Shown piece by piece: positions 15,893-23,651 of a stretch of DNA of 32,000 bases. The translations under genes were made by a program, and so were the position numbers. Within the stretch, counting starts at the first letter, position 1, and every line of letters starts with the position of its first letter. The notes under the pieces were generated by a model. That model was not told where the DNA came from. It did not search any database and worked only from the letters and a program-made list of their open reading frames with translations. The DNA is from Akkermansia muciniphila ATCC BAA-835. Its GTDB lineage: Bacteria; Verrucomicrobiota; Verrucomicrobiia; Verrucomicrobiales; Akkermansiaceae. The stretch covers positions 570,001-602,000 of the forward strand of contig NC_010655.1 of NCBI RefSeq assembly GCF_000020225.1, written 5' to 3'.

Positions 15893-16966
15893 ATGATACG
15901 CCTCACCCCGCTCCGCAAACGTCCGGCGCTTTCCGCGCTGGTGCTTCTCCTCCTGGGATCCGGCTTCTGCCAGGCTCAGGAAATGCTTACCGATTCCGCA
16001 AGAAAGGAAGCTTCCGAATGGCTTAAGGAAGTCAAAGCCGGCTACCTGAACACCAGCTCTTCCCGTATCCAGAAGGCCGTGGCCGCCCTTACCGCGGCCA
16101 TCAGCACGGAAAACGCCGCCATGAAACTTTACGTGGATGCCATGAAGGACCGGTTTCTGAACCCCACCAGCATGATGTCCCGCATGCTGAACCGGGGAGG
16201 CGGGGGCGGCTTCCGCATGATGCGCATGCCGGGTTCCGGAGGGAGGGGAGGCAACAGCAGCAAGCCTGACAGCCCCAGCACCGCCTTTTCCAACTGGCGC
16301 AAGCAGAATACGGGAAACAACGTAGCTCCCGGCTTTAAAAAAGCCCTTCAAATCCAGTGCAAATGGATGCTGCTTTGCCTGAGAAAAGCGGACGCGGAAA
16401 AAAACGAACGCGACCTTAACGTTTCCTCCAGCGTCCTGTCCATGCTGGATGAAGTGGCCGCCAACGCCAAGGATGTAGGCGAACAGCTTCCCATGGTAAG
16501 CGGAGCCAGCGAAGTCATCCGCACCTACCTGAACATTGGAGACTACCGTTCGGAAACCCTGCCGGACAACCTGATGGATCTCAATACCATCTTCGACCGC
16601 GTACTGCTGGCTCCCTACAAGGAGAAAAAGGATGTGGAAAACTTCCGGAAACTCTGGAACAAACGCATCGGCCTGGAAGCGACTCTGCTGCAAAACAACT
16701 CCGCCAGCGATAAAAAAACAGCGGAAGCAGAAAAAGCCGATTTCCTGGTTAAAAGACAGTGGGAACGGGAAAAGGCCTGCTTTGAACTCGGCGACCAGGT
16801 AGCGGCACTTGAAAAGATGAAAAGCCTGATTTCCGGCATCAAGGACCCTTCTGAAAAGCAGCGTGCCATCCGCGACCTGGAATTCCTGCTTCTTACCCCG
16901 GCGGAACAGGCGAAACTCCGCGAAGAGCGCATGAACAAACGCATGCCGGGCGGTCCTCGCTTTTAA
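15893..16966 (+). CDS. Secreted hypothetical protein, mostly alpha-helical, with a Met/Arg/Gly-rich low-complexity insert
   Basis: Signal peptide MIRLTPLRKRPALSALVLLLLGSGFCQAQE from the internal ATG at 15893. Its K/E/A/L-rich composition looks genuine, whereas the fully overlapping minus ORF 15824-16969 is F/R/G/H-rich (a shadow). Confidence 0.6.
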   Translation: MIRLTPLRKRPALSALVLLLLGSGFCQAQEMLTDSARKEASEWLKEVKAGYLNTSSSRIQKAVAALTAAISTENAAMKLYVDAMKDRFLNPTSMMSRMLNRGGGGGFRMMRMPGSGGRGGNSSKPDSPSTAFSNWRKQNTGNNVAPGFKKALQIQCKWMLLCLRKADAEKNERDLNVSSSVLSMLDEVAANAKDVGEQLPMVSGASEVIRTYLNIGDYRSETLPDNLMDLNTIFDRVLLAPYKEKKDVENFRKLWNKRIGLEATLLQNNSASDKKTAEAEKADFLVKRQWEREKACFELGDQVAALEKMKSLISGIKDPSEKQRAIRDLEFLLLTPAEQAKLREERMNKRMPGGPRF

Positions 16967-17002
16967 CAATCGTCGCCAAGCCCCAGCCTCCCTCCTTTCT
17001 CA

Positions 17003-17035
17003 TCCCCCGTTGCGTAACGCGCACCGGGGGATTTT
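17003..17035. terminator. Hairpin between convergent genes (likely terminator for the + strand gene)
   Basis: TCCCCCG (17003-17009) pairs with CGGGGGA (17025-17031), with an inner GCG/CGC stem, then TTTT (17032-17035). The T-tract is short and overlaps the stop of the minus gene. Confidence 0.45.
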
Positions 17036-18836
17036 ACATTGCGGAGAGCCGCATTTCCCTGACGGAGGCAGCTTCCTTCCTCCCGGGTTGGAACCATGTC
17101 TTGCGCAGGCGGTAAACGCGCACGCCCTGGATATTCTCATCCAGATGCCAGGCTGTGCGAACGCCGTGCTGCTCCCAGATATGGCGGCTGAGCATCCCCA
17201 TGAACTTGCTGTCCATATCGGAAACGTCACCTTGCGGAGTGAGACAGACAATGTACACATTATCCCTGCACAGGTTCAGGGAGGACTGCCCCTCCCACCC
17301 CATCTCCTTCAGTTTCCGCTGTACGGGTTTCAACGGAAAATTCCAGCCGCCCAGCGTGACAACGTTCTTCCGGGAACAGCTCCAGGCCTTGCGGAAAACA
17401 GACTGCCCCGGGGCCAGATCGTCAATAGTGCCGCCGGACATCTGGACGCAAAACAGGGAATCGGGCTCCCGGTCCACCCGCTCGCATAACAGGCGCCCGG
17501 CATCCGGGGAAAAAGATTCCAGATTAGCCTCCCACACGGCGGCGCACGCCTGGGACAAAGAAACGGAGAACGCGCAGAACATGGGCACGCCGCCCGCAAG
17601 AGCTCCCTTCCCCGTCCAGGTGATGCGGATGGGACGATATTTATCCGACCACAGCAGACACAGCCCTGCAATCAGGAACGTTGGATAAACTACGCGGAAA
17701 TACAGGCGGTCTATGCTGGCCATATACAGCAGAATCAGCACCAGCAGGGAGCCTACGCAGCACACCAGGGCCGGAGAATCCCCGCGCCGGAAAGAAACGC
17801 GGCATGCCAGACCGAACAAAATCCAGCAGGGGAGAAGATCCATAACGGAATCCCATGAAAACAGATGCAAGGCTTTCTCTCCACGGGCCCACGCCCTGGG
17901 CCAGAATTCACCTCCGTCCCGCGCCAACAGAAGCCTTTCCAGATAATCCGTATTGAATACATCCATATCGCAATTGGTAAACATCCGGACCATCCTGATA
18001 TCGTTGGAGAACACGCCGTACTTTTCACACTGGTAGGCGCTCTCCTGCCTGATGGGACACGTGTCCGAGAGAAGGGCGCGGGCCTGGTTCCATGCCGCCA
18101 CGTCACATCCCTCCAGCACATTCCGGTGGGCGTATTTATTATATTCATTCAGGCTGAAGGACGCAATGAGCACACAGGCCAGAGCCAGCCAGAGACGACT
18201 GAGGGCAAACAGCTTTTCCCTGGACGGCCTGAGCCCTTCCAGGCTGCCTGCCAGCAGGATGGCCCCCCAGAAAGCATCGCACACCAGGGCGGCATCCAGC
18301 CGGACCATGCTGCCCAGCACGCACAGGAATACTCCCGCGCACCACCCCCTCCAGGAAGAGCCGTACTTCAAACACGCCAGCACACCTGTAAATCCCGTCA
18401 GAAAGGCGGCATGGCTGAATTGCAGAGCGGCGTAAAAGCCCGGCATGATCAGAAGCCACACCAGCAGCAGAACCAGCGTATTGAAATCATATCTGCGCGC
18501 CTTGCGGGCATGCGCCGTCAGCATCGTGAAAATGGCCGCGCCGCTGGACAACGTGGCAAGCGCCAGAAACACAGGCCAGACGGACACCCCGCCAAGGACA
18601 GGCGCAGCTTTCAACAGAAGCCCGGTCAACAGGGGATTGACGAAAATGACATGGGCATCCGCATAAGAGGGATCCCCCCATCCGTCAAGCACGGACGCAA
18701 TCACCAGATCGTCATTGGACTGGTACGCCACGCCCACAAGGCTCCAGGCCAGAACCAGAAGCAACAGGTTGAACCATACGGGATGGAGCAGAGGAAAAAG
18801 CGATACCCATCTCCAAATCTGTTTCAACATAAGCAA
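17034..18836 (-). CDS. Orphan 600-aa polytopic membrane protein (candidate GT-C-like terminal transferase of the upstream cluster)
   Basis: About 10 hydrophobic segments, a DD pair in the first predicted external loop (AYQSNDDLVIASVLDGWGD), a Cys-rich ~110-aa loop in the middle, and a soluble ~170-aa C-terminal domain. It has the same orientation as the GT2/flippase genes and lies 122 nt downstream of them, with no obvious terminator between. Confidence 0.7.
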   Translation of the reverse strand: MLMLKQIWRWVSLFPLLHPVWFNLLLLVLAWSLVGVAYQSNDDLVIASVLDGWGDPSYADAHVIFVNPLLTGLLLKAAPVLGGVSVWPVFLALATLSSGAAIFTMLTAHARKARRYDFNTLVLLLVWLLIMPGFYAALQFSHAAFLTGFTGVLACLKYGSSWRGWCAGVFLCVLGSMVRLDAALVCDAFWGAILLAGSLEGLRPSREKLFALSRLWLALACVLIASFSLNEYNKYAHRNVLEGCDVAAWNQARALLSDTCPIRQESAYQCEKYGVFSNDIRMVRMFTNCDMDVFNTDYLERLLLARDGGEFWPRAWARGEKALHLFSWDSVMDLLPCWILFGLACRVSFRRGDSPALVCCVGSLLVLILLYMASIDRLYFRVVYPTFLIAGLCLLWSDKYRPIRITWTGKGALAGGVPMFCAFSVSLSQACAAVWEANLESFSPDAGRLLCERVDREPDSLFCVQMSGGTIDDLAPGQSVFRKAWSCSRKNVVTLGGWNFPLKPVQRKLKEMGWEGQSSLNLCRDNVYIVCLTPQGDVSDMDSKFMGMLSRHIWEQHGVRTAWHLDENIQGVRVYRLRKTWFQPGRKEAASVREMRLSAM

Positions 18837-18958
18837 ATTTCCTGACTTTACAGACTGTTTTCCCTGTCCGGGGACGCATACTAGGAACGGGGAAAATGAA
18901 AGTCAAGAGCCGATCCGGATGAACAAACCGGAGGGGCTAAAAGGCTGCAACCTCTTCC

Positions 18959-19303
18959 TTAACGGTTCAGGCAGACGATAATGCCCGCGATAATCATCGC
19001 GTTGCCGCCCACTTTGCGCATGGTGATCGGTTTTCCGAAAAAAATCCGGTCAAACAAAAGGATATATACATATGCGGAGCATTCCAGCATATTCACCGTA
19101 ATCATCGGCAGGTGGGACAGGCAGTAAAACGTCAGCAGGCAGCAGCCCAAAAAAACGGAATATGCCGCCATCGTGGCCGGATTCACGAAATAGGCAAGGC
19201 CGGTCAGCCGGTCATTCATGGCGGACTTTTTCAAAACCACCTGTGTGCAGGAAGCAAGAAAAACGGAAAACAGGTTCAGCCCAATATAAAATTCCTCACT
19301 CAT
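18959..19303 (-). CDS. Small 4-TM DMT/SMR-like membrane protein, ArnE-like flippase subunit
   Basis: 114 aa from the internal ATG (MSEEFYIGLNLFSVFLASCTQVVLKKSA...GGNAMIIAGIIVCLN). Size and pattern resemble ArnE. Its start overlaps the preceding gene by 8 nt (ATGAGTGA). Confidence 0.65.
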   Translation of the reverse strand: MSEEFYIGLNLFSVFLASCTQVVLKKSAMNDRLTGLAYFVNPATMAAYSVFLGCCLLTFYCLSHLPMITVNMLECSAYVYILLFDRIFFGKPITMRKVGGNAMIIAGIIVCLNR

Positions 19304-19664
19304 GCGCCTCCTCCGTGGAAACCAAAATAATACCCCCGATGACCAGCGCCGCTCCCGCCGCCAGCGTCCAGGAAAGAGCCTCCCCCAGGCAAAGCCATGC
19401 CAGCAGGATACCCCAGATGACAACGGCGGAACGGTTGGCATAAGCCACACCCAGGTTGAATTTTTTCAGCATGACCTGCCATCCCGCCGCATAAATGCCC
19501 AACAGGAACAGCACGCCGGCCAGCAGGGCAAACCGGCGCCAGTCCGTCCAGCCGTAGGGGGCAGCCATGCGCCCCAGCACGGTATTCAGCGCGTAAACGA
19601 TAAACAGCAGGTGCAGAATCAGATAGTTGATCATGAAAGAAAAAAAGAGACGGGAACAATTCAC
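19296..19664 (-). CDS. Small 4-TM DMT/SMR-like membrane protein, ArnF-like flippase subunit
   Basis: ...LLAGVLFLLGIYAAGWQVMLKKFNLGVAYANRSAVVIWGILLAWLCLGEALSW...VIGGIILV is an EamA/SMR-like half-transporter pattern. The GTG start at 19664 overlaps the GT2 stop (GTGA). An alternative ATG lies at 19634. Confidence 0.65.
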   Translation of the reverse strand: MNCSRLFFSFMINYLILHLLFIVYALNTVLGRMAAPYGWTDWRRFALLAGVLFLLGIYAAGWQVMLKKFNLGVAYANRSAVVIWGILLAWLCLGEALSWTLAAGAALVIGGIILVSTEEAHE

Positions 19665-20599
19665 TCATACCGGCGCGCTACCACCACGGCGGGCCTGTGC
19701 TTGGTTTCCTTATAAATCTTGGAAATGTAAATGCCGATAACGCCCAGGCTCATCAGAATCAAGCCTCCGACCAGCCAGATGGAGGCCACGGAAGAGGCCC
19801 AGCCGGGAGGGGCTACATTATACAGAAGCTGGCGCACAACCACCCAGGCGACATACAGCATGGCTACTAGGGTGACCGCCAGGCCAAAGTATGAAATATA
19901 CACCAACGGCCTGGCGCTGTAGGAAACCACGGAATTCACCGCCAGCGCCATTTTTTTGCGGAAAGTGTAGGTCGTTGGAGAAGAGGATGCTTTCTTCACC
20001 CTGCACGGCACCTGCCGGAAACCGGCGGAAACGCACAGCCCAAAGAAAAAAGGCTCCCGGTCCTGGAATTTCAGCATCTCCCGCAGAAAACGCGCGCTCA
20101 TCAGCCGCGCCGTAACCATATTCCTGGTAATCTGCTGATCGGAAAGCAAATTAAACAATGTGTAGAACAATTCTCCGGAAACGGCTTCAAACAAGCCGCC
20201 CTTCCTCTTCTCCTGCACCCCGTACACCACATCCGCCCCGGTAGAATCCATCTCACGGGAAAAATTAACCAGCCACTCGGGAGATTCCTCCAAATCACTG
20301 TCAATCAAGAATACGCGCTCTCCCCGGGCTTCTTCGCAGGCCACGTACATGGCCAGATGATGGCCGAAGTTGCGGGATAAGTCCACCACGCGCACCCGGC
20401 CGTCCTTCTCCCGCTCCTTCAACGCCTGTTCCAGACCGTCCCTTGGGCAGCCGTCATTCACCAGCACCACCTCCGTGCAGGAGGGGTCATAACCCGCCTC
20501 AAGCGCAGCGGCGAAACTGCGGGAACAGAACTCCGCCAGATAACCGCCCGTACAATACACGGTAGCCACAATGGACAATTGAACCTGTGGATCAGTCAT
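19661..20599 (-). CDS. Polyprenyl-phosphate glycosyltransferase, GT2 family (ArnC/GtrB/CsbB-like)
   Basis: GT-A domain (LSIVATVY..., VNDGC, LSRNFGHHLA, DSDLEE) plus two C-terminal TM helices and GIYISKIYKETKHRP, collinear with my memory of E. coli ArnC. The start ATG at 20599 overlaps the GNAT stop (ATGA). Confidence 0.85.
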   Translation of the reverse strand: MTDPQVQLSIVATVYCTGGYLAEFCSRSFAAALEAGYDPSCTEVVLVNDGCPRDGLEQALKEREKDGRVRVVDLSRNFGHHLAMYVACEEARGERVFLIDSDLEESPEWLVNFSREMDSTGADVVYGVQEKRKGGLFEAVSGELFYTLFNLLSDQQITRNMVTARLMSARFLREMLKFQDREPFFFGLCVSAGFRQVPCRVKKASSSPTTYTFRKKMALAVNSVVSYSARPLVYISYFGLAVTLVAMLYVAWVVVRQLLYNVAPPGWASSVASIWLVGGLILMSLGVIGIYISKIYKETKHRPAVVVARRYE

Positions 20600-21096
20600 A
20601 ACGCTTTTACATACATGAGAACGCGCTTCCTTTCCCCGCTTTTCTCGCACACCTCGTCCTTTTCCGGAACACGGGCAAAACCCATGCGCTCATGAAAACG
20701 CACGGAAGCCGCATTGTCCTCCAGAATCCGGGCATATAACCGTTCCAGACCCAGCTCCCCTGCGGCCAGCTCCATCATCCCGGCATATGCGGCGGAAGCC
20801 GGGCGCAGTTCCCTGAATGCCCTGTCGTAAAGATAAATGCCTATCTCTCCGCAACGCGTATTCCGGTCAAACCAGGGCAGGTAAACCAGACCCAGCGGAA
20901 CCTGGTCCGCATAAATCACGCAGGCGCGGGCATCCTCCCCGCGGACGTTCCTTTCCAGCCACGCCCGATGCTGCTCCTCCGTTACCTGGTCCAACAAAAA
21001 AAACGGGGTGATCTTTTCGGAATTGCGCCACACGCGCAGGCGGCTGCGCATGGCCTCATCCACATCAGACACGTTGACCAGGCAAATTTTCATCAT
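20596..21096 (-). CDS. GNAT N-acetyltransferase, PseH-like (acts on 4-amino-4,6-dideoxy sugar nucleotides)
   Basis: 166 aa. The LRVWRNSEKITPFF...EEQHRAWLERN pattern matches the PseH-type WRN motif, and the GNAT core is ...RFHERMGF. The start overlaps the aminotransferase stop (ATGA at 21093-21096). Confidence 0.75.
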   Translation of the reverse strand: MMKICLVNVSDVDEAMRSRLRVWRNSEKITPFFLLDQVTEEQHRAWLERNVRGEDARACVIYADQVPLGLVYLPWFDRNTRCGEIGIYLYDRAFRELRPASAAYAGMMELAAGELGLERLYARILEDNAASVRFHERMGFARVPEKDEVCEKSGERKRVLMYVKAL

Positions 21097-22232
21097 GATT
21101 CAACTCCCTCCAGCCCGAAGCCGGCCCGCAACACCTCCCGGCAACCTTCTTCCCCCAAATCGTAATACAAAGGAAGCCTCAGCAACGTATCGCTGGTACG
21201 GTCCGTATGAGGCATGGCCCCGGCAGAACGCCCGAATCTCATCCCGGCAGGGGAGGAATGGAGGGGAATGTAGTGGAACACCGCTTTAATCCCGTGCTCC
21301 GCCAGCTTGTTGATCAAGCGCGTGCGCTCCTCCATGGAACGGAGCAACACGTAATACATGTGGGCGTTATGCGTGCAATGCTCCGGAATGCACGGACGCC
21401 GCAACACCCCCTGTTCTTCCAATGGAGCCAGCGCGCGGTGGTACATATCCCACCACTTCAGCCTTTCCCCGTTGATCTCCTGCCCGTGTTCCAGCTGGGC
21501 ATACAAATAAGCGGCGATCATCTCTCCGGGCAGATAGGAGGAACCTACGTCCACCCAGGTGTATTTGTCCACCTGCCCGCGGAAAAACCTGGCACGGTTG
21601 GTCCCTTTTTCCCGGATAATCTCCGCGCGTTCCATCAGGGAGGGGTCATTCACCAGCAGGGCTCCTCCCTCTCCGGAAATGACATTCTTGGTCTCGTGGA
21701 AACTGTAACAGCCCAAATGGCCGATGGAGCCGAGCCGACGCCCTCTGTAGCAGGAGCCGACGCCCTGGGCAGCGTCTTCAATCACATACAGGCGATGCCT
21801 CTCGGCAATTTCCATGATTGCATCCATTTCACAAGCCACGCCCGCGTAATGAACCACGCAAATGGCGCGGGTGCGGTCCGTGATGGCCGCTTCTATCAGC
21901 GTCTCGTCAATATTCTGCGTATCCGGCCTGATATCCACGAATACAGGAACGCCGCCGCGCAGCACAAACGCGTTCGCCGTGGAGACGAACGTATAGGAAG
22001 GCATGATAATCTCGTCGCCCGGGCGGCAGTCGATCAACAGGGCCGCCATCTCCAGCGCGGCGGTTCCGGAATGAACCAGCAGAACCTTTCCGGCGCCGGT
22101 GCGTTCCGCAAGCAGTTCATGGCATTTTTTCGTGTAATAGCCGTCTCCGCATAAATGGGCGCGCTGGATGGCGTCCCGGATATAATCCAATTCGGGACCG
22201 TGCTGGTGAGGTTGGTTGAAAGGAATCTCCAT
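21093..22232 (-). CDS. wecE: dTDP-4-amino-4,6-dideoxyhexose (Fuc4N-type) transaminase, WecE/RffA-like, DegT/DnrJ/EryC1 family
   Basis: Long collinear identity with my memory of E. coli WecE: MEIPFNQP..., IIMPSYTFVSTANAFVLRGG, DIRPDTQNIDETLIEAAITDRTRAI, VHYAGVACEMDAIM, FHETKN (PLP Lys), AEIIREKGTNRARFFRGQVDKYTWVDVGSSYL, VFHYIPLHSSPAG. I trimmed the track ORF (22277) to the ATG at 22232. Confidence 0.85.
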   Translation of the reverse strand: MEIPFNQPHQHGPELDYIRDAIQRAHLCGDGYYTKKCHELLAERTGAGKVLLVHSGTAALEMAALLIDCRPGDEIIMPSYTFVSTANAFVLRGGVPVFVDIRPDTQNIDETLIEAAITDRTRAICVVHYAGVACEMDAIMEIAERHRLYVIEDAAQGVGSCYRGRRLGSIGHLGCYSFHETKNVISGEGGALLVNDPSLMERAEIIREKGTNRARFFRGQVDKYTWVDVGSSYLPGEMIAAYLYAQLEHGQEINGERLKWWDMYHRALAPLEEQGVLRRPCIPEHCTHNAHMYYVLLRSMEERTRLINKLAEHGIKAVFHYIPLHSSPAGMRFGRSAGAMPHTDRTSDTLLRLPLYYDLGEEGCREVLRAGFGLEGVES

Positions 22233-22283
22233 GGCTTCAGAAAAGACCGGCCCATGACGGACGCCCGGCGCGGGCATGCCGAT

Positions 22284-22318
22284 CCCGTGCGGAAGGCGTT
22301 CCCCGCCTTCCGCACGGG
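22284..22318 (-). other. Very strong GC-rich hairpin (14-bp perfect stem, 7-nt loop) with no U-tract on either strand
   Basis: CCCGTGCGGAAGGC (22284-22297) pairs with GCCTTCCGCACGGG (22305-22318). It lies between the stop of the acetyltransferase gene (22354) and the wecE-like start (22232). Confidence 0.8.
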
Positions 22319-22353
22319 GAGACCCTACTATGAACGAAGGGCTGAAAACAAGC

Positions 22354-23475
22354 CTAGACCTTGATGAAGGTCCGGTTTTTGTACATGTAATACAACACGC
22401 CCCAAATCAGGGCGTAATTGCACAGGTAAAAGACAAACCTGTCCGCATCCCCGAAGCACTCGCTAAACCCGGCAAACAATACCCGGGAGAAATTGCCCGT
22501 AGGGGGGCACAGAGATACCCACATGTACACGAAAATGGCATTGCTCCCTATTACGGAGAAAAAGAATGTCAACCAGTTCAATTTCAGCACATCCGTCAGC
22601 AGATAGAACAGGAACAGCAGAAAATAGCACCATCCCGCCGCCCACAATACCATGGAACTGGTGAACAAACGCTTGATCATCGGAAAATCCAGGCTCCAGG
22701 CATATCCCAGCGCCAGGCAGCCCGCGCCCGCACATAACAGCCACGCCAGCTTTTTCCCGTGCCCCTGCACCCGCTTCAGAATCTGGCCGCCCAGCAGACC
22801 GAGCATGGTCATGGCGCCAAAACCGAACTGCGCCAGAATCCACGCATAATTCGTTCCATCCTGCCAGTTTCCCATCAGGTATTTATCCAGCAGCAGGGCC
22901 AGATTCCTCCCCGGTTCAAGCATTCCTGCCGCACAGGAACCCACCGCGGGGTCAGAAAAGGAAACAAACTTCATGACCAGCCAGTACACAGCCAGCAGCC
23001 CCCCCGTTGCCGCTACCTGCCACCGGATGGACAGATGAAGAAGGCAAATGGCCGCAATCAGGTAGCCGGAGGCGATGGCCTGGAGCGTATTGCAGTACAG
23101 GGACATCCTGGACGGTTCAAAACTCAGCAGATTGCCCTGCACCACCATGCCCAGCAAAAAAAGCACCACTACCCGCCTGGCAACCTTCAGGTAAATCTTC
23201 CACAGAGGTTCCGAACCGATGCGTTTGGAAAAGGAAAACGGCATGGCCGTTCCCACAATGAACAAAAAGAGGGGCATCACCAGATCCCAGGCGGCGAATC
23301 CCTCCCAAGCCACGTGCGTGCTGTGCTTCACCAGCCACTCGGGGCTCCGGTCGTAAAAAAGATTGATGCCGGCCACAACCAGAGCCAGGCCCCCGGTCAG
23401 GAAAAACATGTCAAATCCCCGCAGGGCGTCAATGGCCGCAATTCTCTGCGGCCTGGTATCGGAAAGTGAACTCAT
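22354..23475 (-). CDS. Transmembrane acyltransferase, heparan-alpha-glucosaminide N-acetyltransferase (HGSNAT)/DUF5009-like
   Basis: 373 aa with about 10-11 TM segments. The N-terminal RIAAIDALRGFDMFFLTGG and ...FAAWDLVMPLFLFIVGTAMPFS are typical of this family, as I recall it. Confidence 0.65.
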   Translation of the reverse strand: MSSLSDTRPQRIAAIDALRGFDMFFLTGGLALVVAGINLFYDRSPEWLVKHSTHVAWEGFAAWDLVMPLFLFIVGTAMPFSFSKRIGSEPLWKIYLKVARRVVVLFLLGMVVQGNLLSFEPSRMSLYCNTLQAIASGYLIAAICLLHLSIRWQVAATGGLLAVYWLVMKFVSFSDPAVGSCAAGMLEPGRNLALLLDKYLMGNWQDGTNYAWILAQFGFGAMTMLGLLGGQILKRVQGHGKKLAWLLCAGAGCLALGYAWSLDFPMIKRLFTSSMVLWAAGWCYFLLFLFYLLTDVLKLNWLTFFFSVIGSNAIFVYMWVSLCPPTGNFSRVLFAGFSECFGDADRFVFYLCNYALIWGVLYYMYKNRTFIKV

Positions 23476-23651
23476 GGCAACATTCCAACTACGGCACCAC
23501 GTCCGCCAACCTTTCCAAAGACTTTCTTTTTCTAAGGCTCCGCAAAGAAAAACGGCTGTTTCCGGAAAAACCTGTCCTTCACGGCAACTCCGTCATGATG
23601 CCTTTCTCCATATTCCCTGCCCCGCATTTCATGCTATGCTGCCCCTGCAAC

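Noticed and set aside
15824-16969. A 381-aa minus-strand ORF almost exactly coextensive with the + strand ORF 15836-16966.
   Set aside because: The + strand product has a clean signal peptide and natural composition. The minus product is F/R/G/H-rich with no signal or motif. I kept the + strand gene at moderate confidence only.
19300-19668. An alternative-frame 122-aa ORF overlapping the ArnF-like gene.
   Set aside because: Its translation is Gly/Ala/Arg/Pro-rich and non-hydrophobic. The 19296-19664 frame gives a coherent 4-TM protein and forms the overlap junctions with its neighbours.
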